Positions 28,623 through 38,166 of a stretch of DNA of 42,094 nt are shown in pieces. Both the position numbers and the translations under genes were made by a program. The notes beneath the pieces are model-generated. The model ran no database searches. It worked only from the letters and a program-made list of their open reading frames with translations, and was not told the origin of the DNA. The stretch's first letter is position 1. Every line of letters starts with the position of its first letter. The stretch covers positions 1 to 42,094 of the forward strand of contig JBHLLU010000034.1 of NCBI GenBank assembly GCA_048938895.1, given 5' to 3'. This DNA is from Promethearchaeota archaeon (GTDB taxonomy: Archaea; Asgardarchaeota; Lokiarchaeia; Sigyniarchaeales; SOKP01).

Positions 28623-29363
28623 TTAACCATCAATTTCTTTTACTTTTTCGATATCTATTGTGCCATCATACATTGCTGTAGCAATTAATATCCCTGCAAA
28701 GTTTTCTTGTTTATATTTTAAAATATCAGTAAAATCTTTAATTCCACCGCCTACATAAGTTTTACCATTGAAAGAGTTTCGTATATCTAAATATGTTTGT
28801 GGAATACCTCCTATTTTTTGACCCACTCTAAATAAATCTAATAATATTACTTCATCTATACCAATTCTACGAATTTTATTTACTATTTCTTTAGGAGTAA
28901 GATTTTTGATATCTTTAGCTTGTGCTAATAACTTTTCTCTATACATATCAATGCTAACAATAATTTTATTTTTTCCTATTATAGATAAAGCATTTTTCAC
29001 CTCTTTCAAGCGTTTAATTGTTTCTAATCCTATTACTAACTTTTTAATTTTAAATTTGGTATATTGATAGATATCGTCAGAAACGACTATTCCAGGATCT
29101 ATTATGAGATGAATTTCAGTTTCTGTTAATATTTTGTTTAGGAGTACTAAATTTGGTTTTTTTTTAATGATTGCGTCTAGATCTGCAATATATATTTCAG
29201 TGAATTGAAAATTATAAGCAAGAATTTTCAAGATTTCTAATGGATCAGAGGAATTGAATAGTTTTGATTTTAAGGGTTTATATTTATTCCTTTCGCCTTT
29301 AACGGCATGGACTGCTTCCGAATTTAAAATATCTAATACAGGAATAACATTAAATTTTTTCAT
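28623..29363 (-). CDS. HisA/HisF-related TIM-barrel protein (C1-cofactor-associated type)
   Basis: IPVLD.....VHAVKGER.KY.P, IYIADLDAI, GLET, SID, ILLDL.RVG...G, YVGGGI, ATA.YDG.I. Confidence 0.85.
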   Translation of the reverse strand: MKKFNVIPVLDILNSEAVHAVKGERNKYKPLKSKLFNSSDPLEILKILAYNFQFTEIYIADLDAIIKKKPNLVLLNKILTETEIHLIIDPGIVVSDDIYQYTKFKIKKLVIGLETIKRLKEVKNALSIIGKNKIIVSIDMYREKLLAQAKDIKNLTPKEIVNKIRRIGIDEVILLDLFRVGQKIGGIPQTYLDIRNSFNGKTYVGGGIKDFTDILKYKQENFAGILIATAMYDGTIDIEKVKEIDG

Positions 29364-29572
29364 AATTATCTAAAATAGACTAATTTGTTTTAATAAAAAT
29401 TCTCGAATAATTTATGATTAGACTTTTTTTATGAAAATCACGAATGGAAAAATTACCTTTGTGTAATACTCTCTGATTTTAAAAGATTATAATTTAATTA
29501 ACATCTAAATAATTTTTTTTTTAAATAATAATTGATAAAGTAATTTTAAAAAATTAGGTAAATTTTTGCATT

Positions 29573-31297
29573 ATGAGAGAAATGAAGGCAGAGGCATATA
29601 TTAATAAAATTATCGAAGGAACAGGTTTAACAAGAAAAGAAATCCAAAATATGGTTGAAGAGAAGAAAAAAGAATTAAAAGGGTTGATATCAGAAGAAGG
29701 TGCTTTATTTGTTATAGCTAGAGAATTAGGGGTTGATGTCAAAGAAGAAAATAAAGATTTGCTTAAAGATATTGATCTCAATATATCAGACATCACAGAA
29801 AATATGAAAAATATTAGTATTACGGGGAGGATAAAAGAAATTTATAATGTAAATAAGTTTAACAAAGCTGATGGCGGTACTGGGTATGTTGGGTCTTTCT
29901 TATTGCATGATAAAACAGGAGATATTCGGATTGTATTATGGGATGATAGTGTTAGCATATTTAACGAGGATAATTTTGAACCAAATGAAATAGTCAAAAT
30001 TATAAATGGAATTGCTCGAAAAGGAAGATTTCAAGATAAAGAAATTCATATTGGTAGGTATGGGAAAATTATTTTGTCCCCAGATGATGTGGACTATAAA
30101 AAGTATCCTAAAGTTAAATTTGAATTAGTAAATATAAATAATATTAATTTAAATCTTAAATCATTATCTTTAGAAGGAAAAATAATCCAAATATCGTCTA
30201 TCAAAGAATTTAACAGAAAAAATGGAGAGATTGGAAAAGTGGGTTCTTTAACACTACTAGACTCCACAGGTTCTATTAGAATAACATTTTGGAATGAGGA
30301 CACTGAAAAATTAAAAAATTTACAAATTAATGATTTTATAGCCATTTCAAACTTAAATCCAAGATTAAGTTCGTTAGATTCTAAAACTATTGATATGTAT
30401 GCGAGTAAGAATACGACTATAAAAAAAGTTCAAAAGACAATGGAAATTGAGGTAGAATTAGTCCAAAATATCAACACGGTTCAAGAAAATAACGGAGTCG
30501 TCTCGTTTAAAGGTAAAATTACTTCGCTTGATGATTTAAAAGAAATTACTACAAAATCAGGTGAAATTCTTTCTTTATTAGGATTTATTATAAGTGATAA
30601 TACTGATTGGATTAGAGTCACGCTCTGGAGAGAAATGGCAGAAGAATTTTCTAAAAAGCTTTCTGTTGGCCAAGGATTGATTTTAAGAAATGTAATGCTT
30701 AGGTTTAATAATTTTTCCCAAAGAAACGAAATAACTACAATAAATGATTCTTCAATTGAATTAATTGATTTAGATATAAAAAACCTAAAGACTTATGAAT
30801 TTACCAAGGGAAGTAGAGATTCAATTTTTTCTCGTAATTATGTAAAAATTGATACTATTAGTAGTCCTGGTGTTGTAGAAATTAAGGGATATATTGCTAG
30901 AGATCTCAATAATATAACTATCTATGAAGCCTGTACAAAATGTATGAAAAAAATAGACAATTGTAATTGTGATGTAGGAGAAGACACAGAATTTAGGATG
31001 ATCATTAATCTAACTATTGATGATGGGAATGGTTCCATTAGAACATCCTTTATGGGAGAAAAGGCAGAAAAACTCATAGGTGTGGAAACAGAAAAACTTG
31101 TCCAAATAAAGGAAACACCCGATTTTGAGAAATTCTTGGAGAATAAATCTTCTGAATTATTAGGAAAGGATATAATTATAAAAGGAAAAGCTAAGTTTAG
31201 TGATTATTCGAGTTCATTTGAGATTTCAGTTTATGATTTCAAATATCTAGATATAGATGACGAATTAGAAAGGGTTATGAAAACAATTGAGACTTAA
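29573..31297 (+). CDS. Replication protein A large subunit (RPA1-like): helical N-domain, four OB folds, Zn finger
   Basis: GLISEEGALF.IARELGV; repeated D.TG.IR...W OB motifs; YEACTKC.KK...C.C...IDDG.GSIR. Confidence 0.9.
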   Translation: MREMKAEAYINKIIEGTGLTRKEIQNMVEEKKKELKGLISEEGALFVIARELGVDVKEENKDLLKDIDLNISDITENMKNISITGRIKEIYNVNKFNKADGGTGYVGSFLLHDKTGDIRIVLWDDSVSIFNEDNFEPNEIVKIINGIARKGRFQDKEIHIGRYGKIILSPDDVDYKKYPKVKFELVNINNINLNLKSLSLEGKIIQISSIKEFNRKNGEIGKVGSLTLLDSTGSIRITFWNEDTEKLKNLQINDFIAISNLNPRLSSLDSKTIDMYASKNTTIKKVQKTMEIEVELVQNINTVQENNGVVSFKGKITSLDDLKEITTKSGEILSLLGFIISDNTDWIRVTLWREMAEEFSKKLSVGQGLILRNVMLRFNNFSQRNEITTINDSSIELIDLDIKNLKTYEFTKGSRDSIFSRNYVKIDTISSPGVVEIKGYIARDLNNITIYEACTKCMKKIDNCNCDVGEDTEFRMIINLTIDDGNGSIRTSFMGEKAEKLIGVETEKLVQIKETPDFEKFLENKSSELLGKDIIIKGKAKFSDYSSSFEISVYDFKYLDIDDELERVMKTIET

Positions 31298-31363
31298 ATA
31301 TCATAAATCTTATTTTAAAATATAACGATTTAGTAAAATTTCATAATTTATCTTGTTCTAGTT

Positions 31364-32302
31364 ATGAAAAAGGTAGATATCATAGGGATAGGTGAAGTAG
31401 TTGTTGATTGGGTTTCAAGAATTCCAAGATTTCCCAAACCAGACGAAAAAATAGATGCTCTTAGTGAAGATTATTTTTCAGGCGGTGTTACAGCAAATTA
31501 TTTAGTTGCTGTTTCTCGTTTAGGTACTAAAAGTGGTTTTATTGGTGCTGTTGGAGAGGATTATTATGGTAAGTTTTTGATAGAAGATTTTAAAAAAGAA
31601 AGAGTAGATACTTCATTTACTTTGGAGAAATCAGAATTTAAAACTCCTGTTAATTTTATTTTTATATGCAATGGGGAAAAAACAATAATTCAATCTCCTC
31701 ATATGCAAATTACTAAGATTTCTGTATCTGATTTACCAGAATCTTACATAGTTAATTCTAAGCTTTTGCATACTACAATTATTCATCAGAAAATCACAGA
31801 AAGAGCCATTTCTATTGCTAATGAACATGATGTTAAAATCAGTATTGATTTAGAATCTCAGATAGCCCAAAGAGGATGGAAAAATTTAAAGCATTTACTT
31901 TTGAATGCTGATGTTTTGATACCAAACAAGGAAGGAGCAAAAACAATAACAGGCTGTAAAACACCTGAAGACTGTGCTAATGAATTAATAAATAGAGGCA
32001 TTCCCATAGTAATTATTACACTTGGATGTGATGGTGCTTTACTTACAACCCCCAAGGTGCAAAAAATAATACCGAGTTTTAATATCAAAAATGTCGTTGA
32101 TACTACGGGCGCAGGTGATACTTTTAACGGGGCATTTTCAGTAGCTTACTGGATTAACAACTGGGATTTAGAAAAGTCTATTAAATATGCGAACGCAGCA
32201 GCTTCCTTGAAAATACAGAAATTAGGTGCTAGAACTGGAATGCCATATAAAAATGAATTAAAATCATATATTTTAGAAAGTAGCACTAACTTTATATTTT
32301 AA
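31364..32302 (+). CDS. PfkB/ribokinase-family carbohydrate kinase
   Basis: GG..AN..V..SRLG, GAVG.D..G, PN..GA, TLG..GA, VVDTTGAGDTFNG. Confidence 0.92.
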   Translation: MKKVDIIGIGEVVVDWVSRIPRFPKPDEKIDALSEDYFSGGVTANYLVAVSRLGTKSGFIGAVGEDYYGKFLIEDFKKERVDTSFTLEKSEFKTPVNFIFICNGEKTIIQSPHMQITKISVSDLPESYIVNSKLLHTTIIHQKITERAISIANEHDVKISIDLESQIAQRGWKNLKHLLLNADVLIPNKEGAKTITGCKTPEDCANELINRGIPIVIITLGCDGALLTTPKVQKIIPSFNIKNVVDTTGAGDTFNGAFSVAYWINNWDLEKSIKYANAAASLKIQKLGARTGMPYKNELKSYILESSTNFIF

Positions 32303-32306
32303 TTCA

Positions 32307-32747
32307 TTATTGGGAGATTACACAAATCTTACTATAATTCTCTGGATTGTTTAAAAGATCCTCATATTTATCACGAACATTCTCAGGAGTTAAACCAGAA
32401 ACTTGATAGTTAAACGGCCAAATACCTAATATAATATCACCAAGATTTTTAACATTTCCTATTAAATATCCTTGTTTTTCACCAGTAGAATTTAGAGTAA
32501 ATAACAAGACTAAGTAATAATTATAATCGATATCAGATATTATATTTCCAACAGTTATGACCTCTTCAATGTTTTGAAAATAAATTATCTTTTCTGATTT
32601 ATCACTTCTATCTTTTAATTTCAGTATTAGTTCAGAAGGGATAGTTAAAGGTTTTTCAAAATTTAAATCTCTGAAATTTAAAGTTAAGTTTTTATTTTCA
32701 AATTGTTGAAGCGCTTTAAATATTACTTTATATACTATCGAATCCAT
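32307..32747 (-). CDS. Hypothetical protein
   Basis: 146-aa ATG ORF filling the gap. No family recognised. Confidence 0.65.
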   Translation of the reverse strand: MDSIVYKVIFKALQQFENKNLTLNFRDLNFEKPLTIPSELILKLKDRSDKSEKIIYFQNIEEVITVGNIISDIDYNYYLVLLFTLNSTGEKQGYLIGNVKNLGDIILGIWPFNYQVSGLTPENVRDKYEDLLNNPENYSKICVISQ

Positions 32748-32841
32748 ATAATTGATTAAATTAAATTTCTTTGAAGATATATAAAAAATTTACAAAAGTA
32801 TCAACCCAAAACATTTTTTCATGCTGTTAATAAGGTATTAA

Positions 32842-33162
32842 CTATTTACTTTGAATAAGGATATTTTCTTCAGGGAATCCTAAATCAATTAATAATTTTT
32901 TCATTTTAAATCGGTGGTCTCCTTGGAGTTCAACCCCGTTATCTCTAACAGTTCCTCCAGAGGCGCATTTTTTTTTGGCTTTTGTCAGAATATTTTTCAG
33001 ATTTACATCAAAATTTCCAACAAAAGTAATTACAGTAACGATTCTGCCCCATTTCCGCGTATCATTAGAGATGACAATTTGTTGTTCATCAGCACTTAAG
33101 CTATCGCAAATACAAAGTTCTTTTGGGAAGCTACATAATGGACAAATGTCGTCGTCTTTAAT
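32842..33162 (-). CDS. sui1: Translation initiation factor aIF1 (SUI1/eIF1 homologue), 106 aa, apparent ATT start; absent from the ORF track
   Basis: Manual translation (I/M)KDDDICPLCSFPKELCICDSLSADEQQIVISNDTRKWGRIVTVITFVGNFDVNLKNILTKAKKKCASGGTVRDNGVELQGDHRFKMKKLLIDLGFPEENILIQSK: C..C..P.ELC.C knuckle, R..G..VT, KCA.GGTV, ELQGDHR. Confidence 0.92.
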   Translation of the reverse strand: MKDDDICPLCSFPKELCICDSLSADEQQIVISNDTRKWGRIVTVITFVGNFDVNLKNILTKAKKKCASGGTVRDNGVELQGDHRFKMKKLLIDLGFPEENILIQSK

Positions 33163-33411
33163 ACTCTCTTTTCACAACCTTTCTTATTTAAAACTATTTA
33201 AAATTCAGTACTAAAAAATAATAGAATAAAATCTTATAAAAATCTTTTTTATTTTACTTTATGGTTATTAAAAAGGATTATCAAATAAATTAAAAAAAAG
33301 TCCATCTTACAGGGACTTAAAATTGCTTTCGAAAAAATATATAAAGCTAAATTTTTATTATTTATCAATAAGCTTATTCTTTATTCTGTAATATTTATGT
33401 GATAAACAATA

Positions 33412-33939
33412 ATGCAGAGTTCTTGGATATTTAAAGTTATTGTGGCGGGAGCTGGAGGGGTTGGAAAAACGGCAATGATAACACGTTATTGCACCGGTAA
33501 GTTTGAAGAAGGTTATAAAATGACCATAGGCGCGGGTTTTCACACTAAATCAGAAGTTCTTGATACCCAAGAAATAGTCAAAATGCAATTATGGGATTTT
33601 GCCGGCGAAAAACGTTTCCGTGAACTATTGCCTGATTATTGTAAAGGTGCAAGTGGTGCTTTTATTTGTTTTGATATAAGTGATTATGATACTTTTAGAG
33701 AAATTCCAGAATGGCTTAAGATCATCCGTCAGAAAGCAGGATTTATACCAATAATTCTGATGGGAATGAAATGGGATTTAGAAGATCATGAAGTTGAGTT
33801 TGATGTAGCTAATGATTATGCTAAAAGAGCAAAATGTAACCAATGTGTATTCTGTTCCTCAAAAGAAGATATAAATATAAATGAATCTTTTCAAGCGATG
33901 GCAAAATGGTTAATTTATTACGCAACTCAAGGAGAATAA
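33412..33939 (+). CDS. Rab-like small GTPase (Ras superfamily)
   Basis: G1 GAGGVGKT, G2 TIG, G3 LWDFAGE, RF..L...Y..GA, degenerate G4 MKWD, G5 CSSK. Confidence 0.9.
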   Translation: MQSSWIFKVIVAGAGGVGKTAMITRYCTGKFEEGYKMTIGAGFHTKSEVLDTQEIVKMQLWDFAGEKRFRELLPDYCKGASGAFICFDISDYDTFREIPEWLKIIRQKAGFIPIILMGMKWDLEDHEVEFDVANDYAKRAKCNQCVFCSSKEDININESFQAMAKWLIYYATQGE

Positions 33940-34046
33940 GATTAATCTCATTACCACTTATTTTGATAAAATACAATATTTTCGATATAGAAAAAGCTAA
34001 ATATCATATTAAATAAAATTATATATTAAGTAAATTTACTATTGGA

Positions 34047-34154
34047 GCCTCTGTAGCTCAGTTAGGTAGAGCGCTCGGCTGTTAACCGAGTGGTCGCATG
34101 TTCGATTTCATTGTTCAATCTCTGAACAAGAAGAAAACCATGCCGGGGGCGCCA
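34047..34154 (+). tRNA. tRNA-Asn(GTT) with 31-nt T-loop 59/60 intron (34107-34137); CCA encoded
   Basis: GCCTCTG/CGGGGGC acceptor, GCTC/GAGC D-stem, CTCGG-CTGTTAA-CCGAG, GCATG/CATGC T-stem interrupted by a relaxed BHB. Confidence 0.9.
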
Positions 34155-34337
34155 TTATTTTTTTAAATCTTTTCATTTTGGAAAGAATAATTTCGGATTC
34201 TCAAAGATCAAAACTATCTATTTTAGAATAGGAAAATAGGATGTTAATATCTCTGGAGAATTCCTCAAGATATATTATATAGATGGTACGACAGGACCTC
34301 CATACATGATAATTATTTTTTTGCTAAGAATAAGTAG

Positions 34338-34440
34338 TGCTCCTACCGGGATTTGAACCCGGGTCACCAGGGTGAAAGCCTAGCATTCAAGTATTTATTC
34401 AAGGAATAATTATTGCTTGGCCGGACTACACTATAGGAGC
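34338..34440 (-). tRNA. tRNA-Glu(TTC) with 28-nt D-stem 24/25 intron (34386-34413)
   Basis: GCTCCTA/TAGGAGC acceptor, CTAGG-CTTTCAC-CCTGG, CCGGG-TTCAAAT-CCCGG; BHB with CAAG/CTTG central helix. Confidence 0.9.
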
Positions 34441-34566
34441 TTAATAAATTCATATATAGTATTAATGATAAATCATGAGTGCATTAAAATTTTTTCTTTT
34501 CTTCCTTTAAAGGGAACTAATATTGTTCTTCTCAGTATTTTAAATAAATCATTCTAAAAGGTTAAA

Positions 34567-34651
34567 TGCGGGAAGGGAGATTTGAACTCCCGAACTCCTA
34601 CGAGAATGGATTCTAAGTCCACCGCCTTTGACCAGACTTGGCAATTCCCGC
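34567..34651 (-). tRNA. tRNA-Leu(TAG), intronless
   Basis: GCGGGAA/TTCCCGC acceptor, GTGGA-CTTAGAA-TCCAT, long variable arm, GGGAG-TTCAAAT-CTCCC. Confidence 0.95.
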
Positions 34652-34818
34652 TCTTAAAAATAAAATTCTACTAATTATTATTTAAAACGATATAGAATTA
34701 AAAAATTTTTTAGAGAAAAATTCAATTTATATACGATTGAAATAAATGATAAAAATTAATTATATTATATAAGGAAAAATTAATATTATGATTAACCTAA
34801 AAAAAATCGGTCTTCTTA

Positions 34819-35817
34819 ATGAGTGTTAGAGATTCTTTAATAAAACATTTAACATCGATTTTACGTGCATCAGAAGGTACCGTTCTTGTGCTTCTTTGTG
34901 ACCAAAATGGACTTTCAATTGCAAAAATCGGGAGAAAAAGCGATATAGATTTAAATCCAAATCAAATTACAAGTTTAGCATCAGCAGCTTTTACTGCGAG
35001 TGAGGAGAATTGGGAGGATCTCAATATTAAAGATCAAGTTATTTCATTTACATATTTTGATAAAGTATGTTTAATAACTATTAGGATTAATGAAACGCTC
35101 CTAACAATTGTTCATGATTACCATAAAGAGTGGCCTTTAGATGCTGATAATTTAGCTACTTCAATGTATTACTTAAAAAAGAAGTTAGGAGAATTTTTTG
35201 GAAGTGGAGATGAACCTGAATCTGAGATAGAAGATTTTTGTGATAAAGTACGAAGTGCAATGTATCTTTTTGGAATGGGTTCTGAAGTACCTTTTGTATC
35301 TTATACACCTGAAAATCGTAAACAGAATAATTTGCTTCCTACAATTAGTACTGTTTTAGACTCTCTTCAAAATCCAATATTTATAAGATATGGGTTAGTA
35401 AGCCCATCTGGACTGACGGTTGATGCTAGGGAGGTTAGTGGTCAAAATCTTCCGATTAGTATTGAAGCTTTTTCTGCTAATGCTCATGTTGCCTTTCAAA
35501 AGATGAAGGAAGAATCTGAAGGTAGTTCACTTGGAGATTTATTATGTTATGTTGCTATTTCAGGCGAGAATGCTGAAAAATTCTATGGACTAATCGCTTG
35601 TCCCTCAGGTAAAATGAAATATTCAGACGATGAAGATTCATCAAACATTGACGAAATATCTTTTATCGGTTTGTTTTCATTAACATATGGAGGTATTCCT
35701 GTAATTTGTGAGTCGAGAAATATTATTTATTCAATAATGCAGATCCTGGGGGGTGAAAAAATTACTGAAAACTTCATTAAATCTGTTAATGTCCTTACTA
35801 GCTTCAAATATGAATAA
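34819..35817 (+). CDS. Tandem Roadblock/LC7-domain protein
   Basis: Two alpha-beta-beta-alpha-beta-beta-beta-alpha-like units: VLLCDQNGLSIA...ITSLASAAF..SE and GLVSPSGLTVD...AFSANAHVAF. Confidence 0.7.
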   Translation: MSVRDSLIKHLTSILRASEGTVLVLLCDQNGLSIAKIGRKSDIDLNPNQITSLASAAFTASEENWEDLNIKDQVISFTYFDKVCLITIRINETLLTIVHDYHKEWPLDADNLATSMYYLKKKLGEFFGSGDEPESEIEDFCDKVRSAMYLFGMGSEVPFVSYTPENRKQNNLLPTISTVLDSLQNPIFIRYGLVSPSGLTVDAREVSGQNLPISIEAFSANAHVAFQKMKEESEGSSLGDLLCYVAISGENAEKFYGLIACPSGKMKYSDDEDSSNIDEISFIGLFSLTYGGIPVICESRNIIYSIMQILGGEKITENFIKSVNVLTSFKYE

Positions 35818-35877
35818 TTTATGTAAACAATTTATCACCTGTCTCCAGTAAAATAAATATAAAATTTCATTTTAGAT

Positions 35878-36318
35878 ATGAAGGGACCAAATTTATTCTG
35901 TCTTCATTATAAGGAATGCGATCCAAAAAAATGCACGGCTCTTAAATTGAAAAGATTTAATCTTCTTAAAATAATTAATTATGCTCATGGGAGTTTAAAA
36001 AACGCTATTATTCTAAACCCCTTTGCTCGAGAAACAGTTTCAATAAAAGATAGAGAATTAATTTTAAAATATGGATTAATTGTAATTGATTGTTCTTGGA
36101 AAAAATTAATTAAGTTGTCTGACATAAGTCATGGGAATTATAGGAAATTACCATCACTAATAGCAGCTAATCCCGTAAATTATGGAAAATGGGAAAAACT
36201 AAGTTCTGCTGAAGCTTTAGCAGCAGCATTGTTTATTACTAATTTTGAAGATATTGGAAATTTAATTCTCTCAAAATTTTCTTGGGGTAACCAATTTAGA
36301 GATTTAAATAAATTTTAA
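35878..36318 (+). CDS. tsr3: Tsr3 rRNA aminocarboxypropyltransferase (DUF367)
   Basis: ECDPKKCT.LKL, LNP, IDCSW, R.LP.L.AANPVNYGK..KLS.AEALAAAL, F.WG..F..LN. Confidence 0.95.
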   Translation: MKGPNLFCLHYKECDPKKCTALKLKRFNLLKIINYAHGSLKNAIILNPFARETVSIKDRELILKYGLIVIDCSWKKLIKLSDISHGNYRKLPSLIAANPVNYGKWEKLSSAEALAAALFITNFEDIGNLILSKFSWGNQFRDLNKF

Positions 36319-36349
36319 TAAAAATAAGAAAAAATAATAAAGGATGTGG

Positions 36350-37954
36350 TTAGTCTTCACCACCTTTAGATAAGGTTGAGGCAGCAATAACATCATCAAT
36401 TTTAAGTATCATTGAAGAAACTTCTGTTGCAGATTGTATAGCTTGAGTTAAAACTGATAATGGTTCAAGAACACCTTGTTTTACCATATCATCAGGTTTC
36501 CCAGTATCGATATTTATACCATTTGATTTACCGTCCTCATTTTCGTGCTTTGATCTCAACTCAACAATCAAATCAACAGGATTGTAACCAGCATTCTCAA
36601 CGAGAGTCTTAGGGATTATTTCAAGAGCATTTGCATAAATTTCTATAGCTAATTGTTCTCTTCCCCCTATAGATCTAGCATAAGCCCTTAATTGCTTTGC
36701 TAGCTCTATTTCAGATGCCCCACCGCCAGGTAGGATATAGGGAAGTTCAATTGCTGCTTTAACAACTGATAAAGCATCGTTTAACATCCTTTCTGCTTCA
36801 TCCACAACATGCTCTATTCCAGCTCTAATTAGGATACTCACTGCTTTTGGATCAGCGCATTCTGATACAATAATCATATTATCATCTCCTATTTTCTTTT
36901 CTTCAACTTTCCCTGCTCTACCTACATCCTCAGGTGATACCTCAAAGATATTATTAATTATTTTAGCATTAGTCGCTCTTGCTAGCTTTTCCATATCAGA
37001 TCTTTTTACTCTGCGTACTGTAATTATATTTTCTTTTGCTAGAAAATTTTGTGCTTTATCATCAATACCTTTCTGGCAAAATACTACATTTGCACCAATA
37101 TCTTTTAATTTGATTACTTTATTTTTTAGCATATTTGCCTCCTCTTCTAGAAATTTGTTAATTTGATCAGGAGTTTGTACTCTTATCTCTGCATCAAATT
37201 CTGTTTTTTCAACTTCTAATGAAGAATTAATTAAGGCAATTTTTGCATTTTTCACTAGTTTTGGCATCATAGGATGTACGATTTCTTTATCAACAATAAT
37301 TCCGTCAATGATATTAGTATCTAAAAGACTTTTACCTTCTTTTTTAATAATTTGTATCTGATTAAGATCAATCATTACATTTTCTCCACGTTCTTCTTTA
37401 ATTTGGCTAACAGCTCTTACAGCTAAGTCTGCAAAGTGACTCTTTACTCCAGTAATAAGTTTGCTATTCATTGATGTTTCTGCAACTTTCATTAGAGTCT
37501 CCTTATCATTAGGATCGATTTTTGTTGCTAAAGAGTGCAGAAGTTCTTTGCTTTTGAGAAGAGCTTTTCTGTATCCTCGCCATATTATTGTTGGATGTAC
37601 TGATTGTTCCATTAACTCCTCAGCTAGATTTAATAGTTCCCCTGAGATGATAACACTAGTCGTTGTTCCATCCCCTACTTTATCATCTTGTGTTTTAGCA
37701 ACTTCAACTATCATTTTAGCTGCGGGGTGTTCAACATCAATAGTATCGAGTATAGTTGCTCCATCATTTGTTATGGTTACATCTCCTAAAGAATCAACAA
37801 GCATCTTATCCATCCCTTTTGGACCTAATGTAGTACGAACAGCTTCAGCAACTGCTTTTGCGGCAGCTATATTGTTTTTTTGAGCGTCTTTTCCTTGTTT
37901 TCTTTCCGTCCCTTCTTTCAATATGAGAATTGGGACACCAGATAATTGTGCCAT
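36350..37954 (-). CDS. ths: Thermosome (group II chaperonin) subunit
   Basis: [41 protein letters not shown]. Confidence 0.97.
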   Translation of the reverse strand: MAQLSGVPILILKEGTERKQGKDAQKNNIAAAKAVAEAVRTTLGPKGMDKMLVDSLGDVTITNDGATILDTIDVEHPAAKMIVEVAKTQDDKVGDGTTTSVIISGELLNLAEELMEQSVHPTIIWRGYRKALLKSKELLHSLATKIDPNDKETLMKVAETSMNSKLITGVKSHFADLAVRAVSQIKEERGENVMIDLNQIQIIKKEGKSLLDTNIIDGIIVDKEIVHPMMPKLVKNAKIALINSSLEVEKTEFDAEIRVQTPDQINKFLEEEANMLKNKVIKLKDIGANVVFCQKGIDDKAQNFLAKENIITVRRVKRSDMEKLARATNAKIINNIFEVSPEDVGRAGKVEEKKIGDDNMIIVSECADPKAVSILIRAGIEHVVDEAERMLNDALSVVKAAIELPYILPGGGASEIELAKQLRAYARSIGGREQLAIEIYANALEIIPKTLVENAGYNPVDLIVELRSKHENEDGKSNGINIDTGKPDDMVKQGVLEPLSVLTQAIQSATEVSSMILKIDDVIAASTLSKGGED

Positions 37955-38166
37955 TTTCTTTTCACTTTTTGTTTCTTAAGTTAAAACTTTTATTTATATA
38001 GATCTCTAAGTCATAAAATTAAAAAACTTTACGAAATATCCTTAGTATTAATTTCTTATACTCTAAGTTGTTTTAAAAGGTGTTATGAAATTCATATCCA
38101 ATCTCTAAATTTTTAAGAAAATAATGTTGTTTTTAAAATTACCTTCAAAAGAAGATATAAATCATC

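Noticed and set aside
33172-33177. TTG-TGA in frame with aIF1 read as start plus selenocysteine
   Set aside because: Sec at residue 2 has no Cys counterpart in aIF1 and no SECIS was recognised. The bases fit an SD-like element better.
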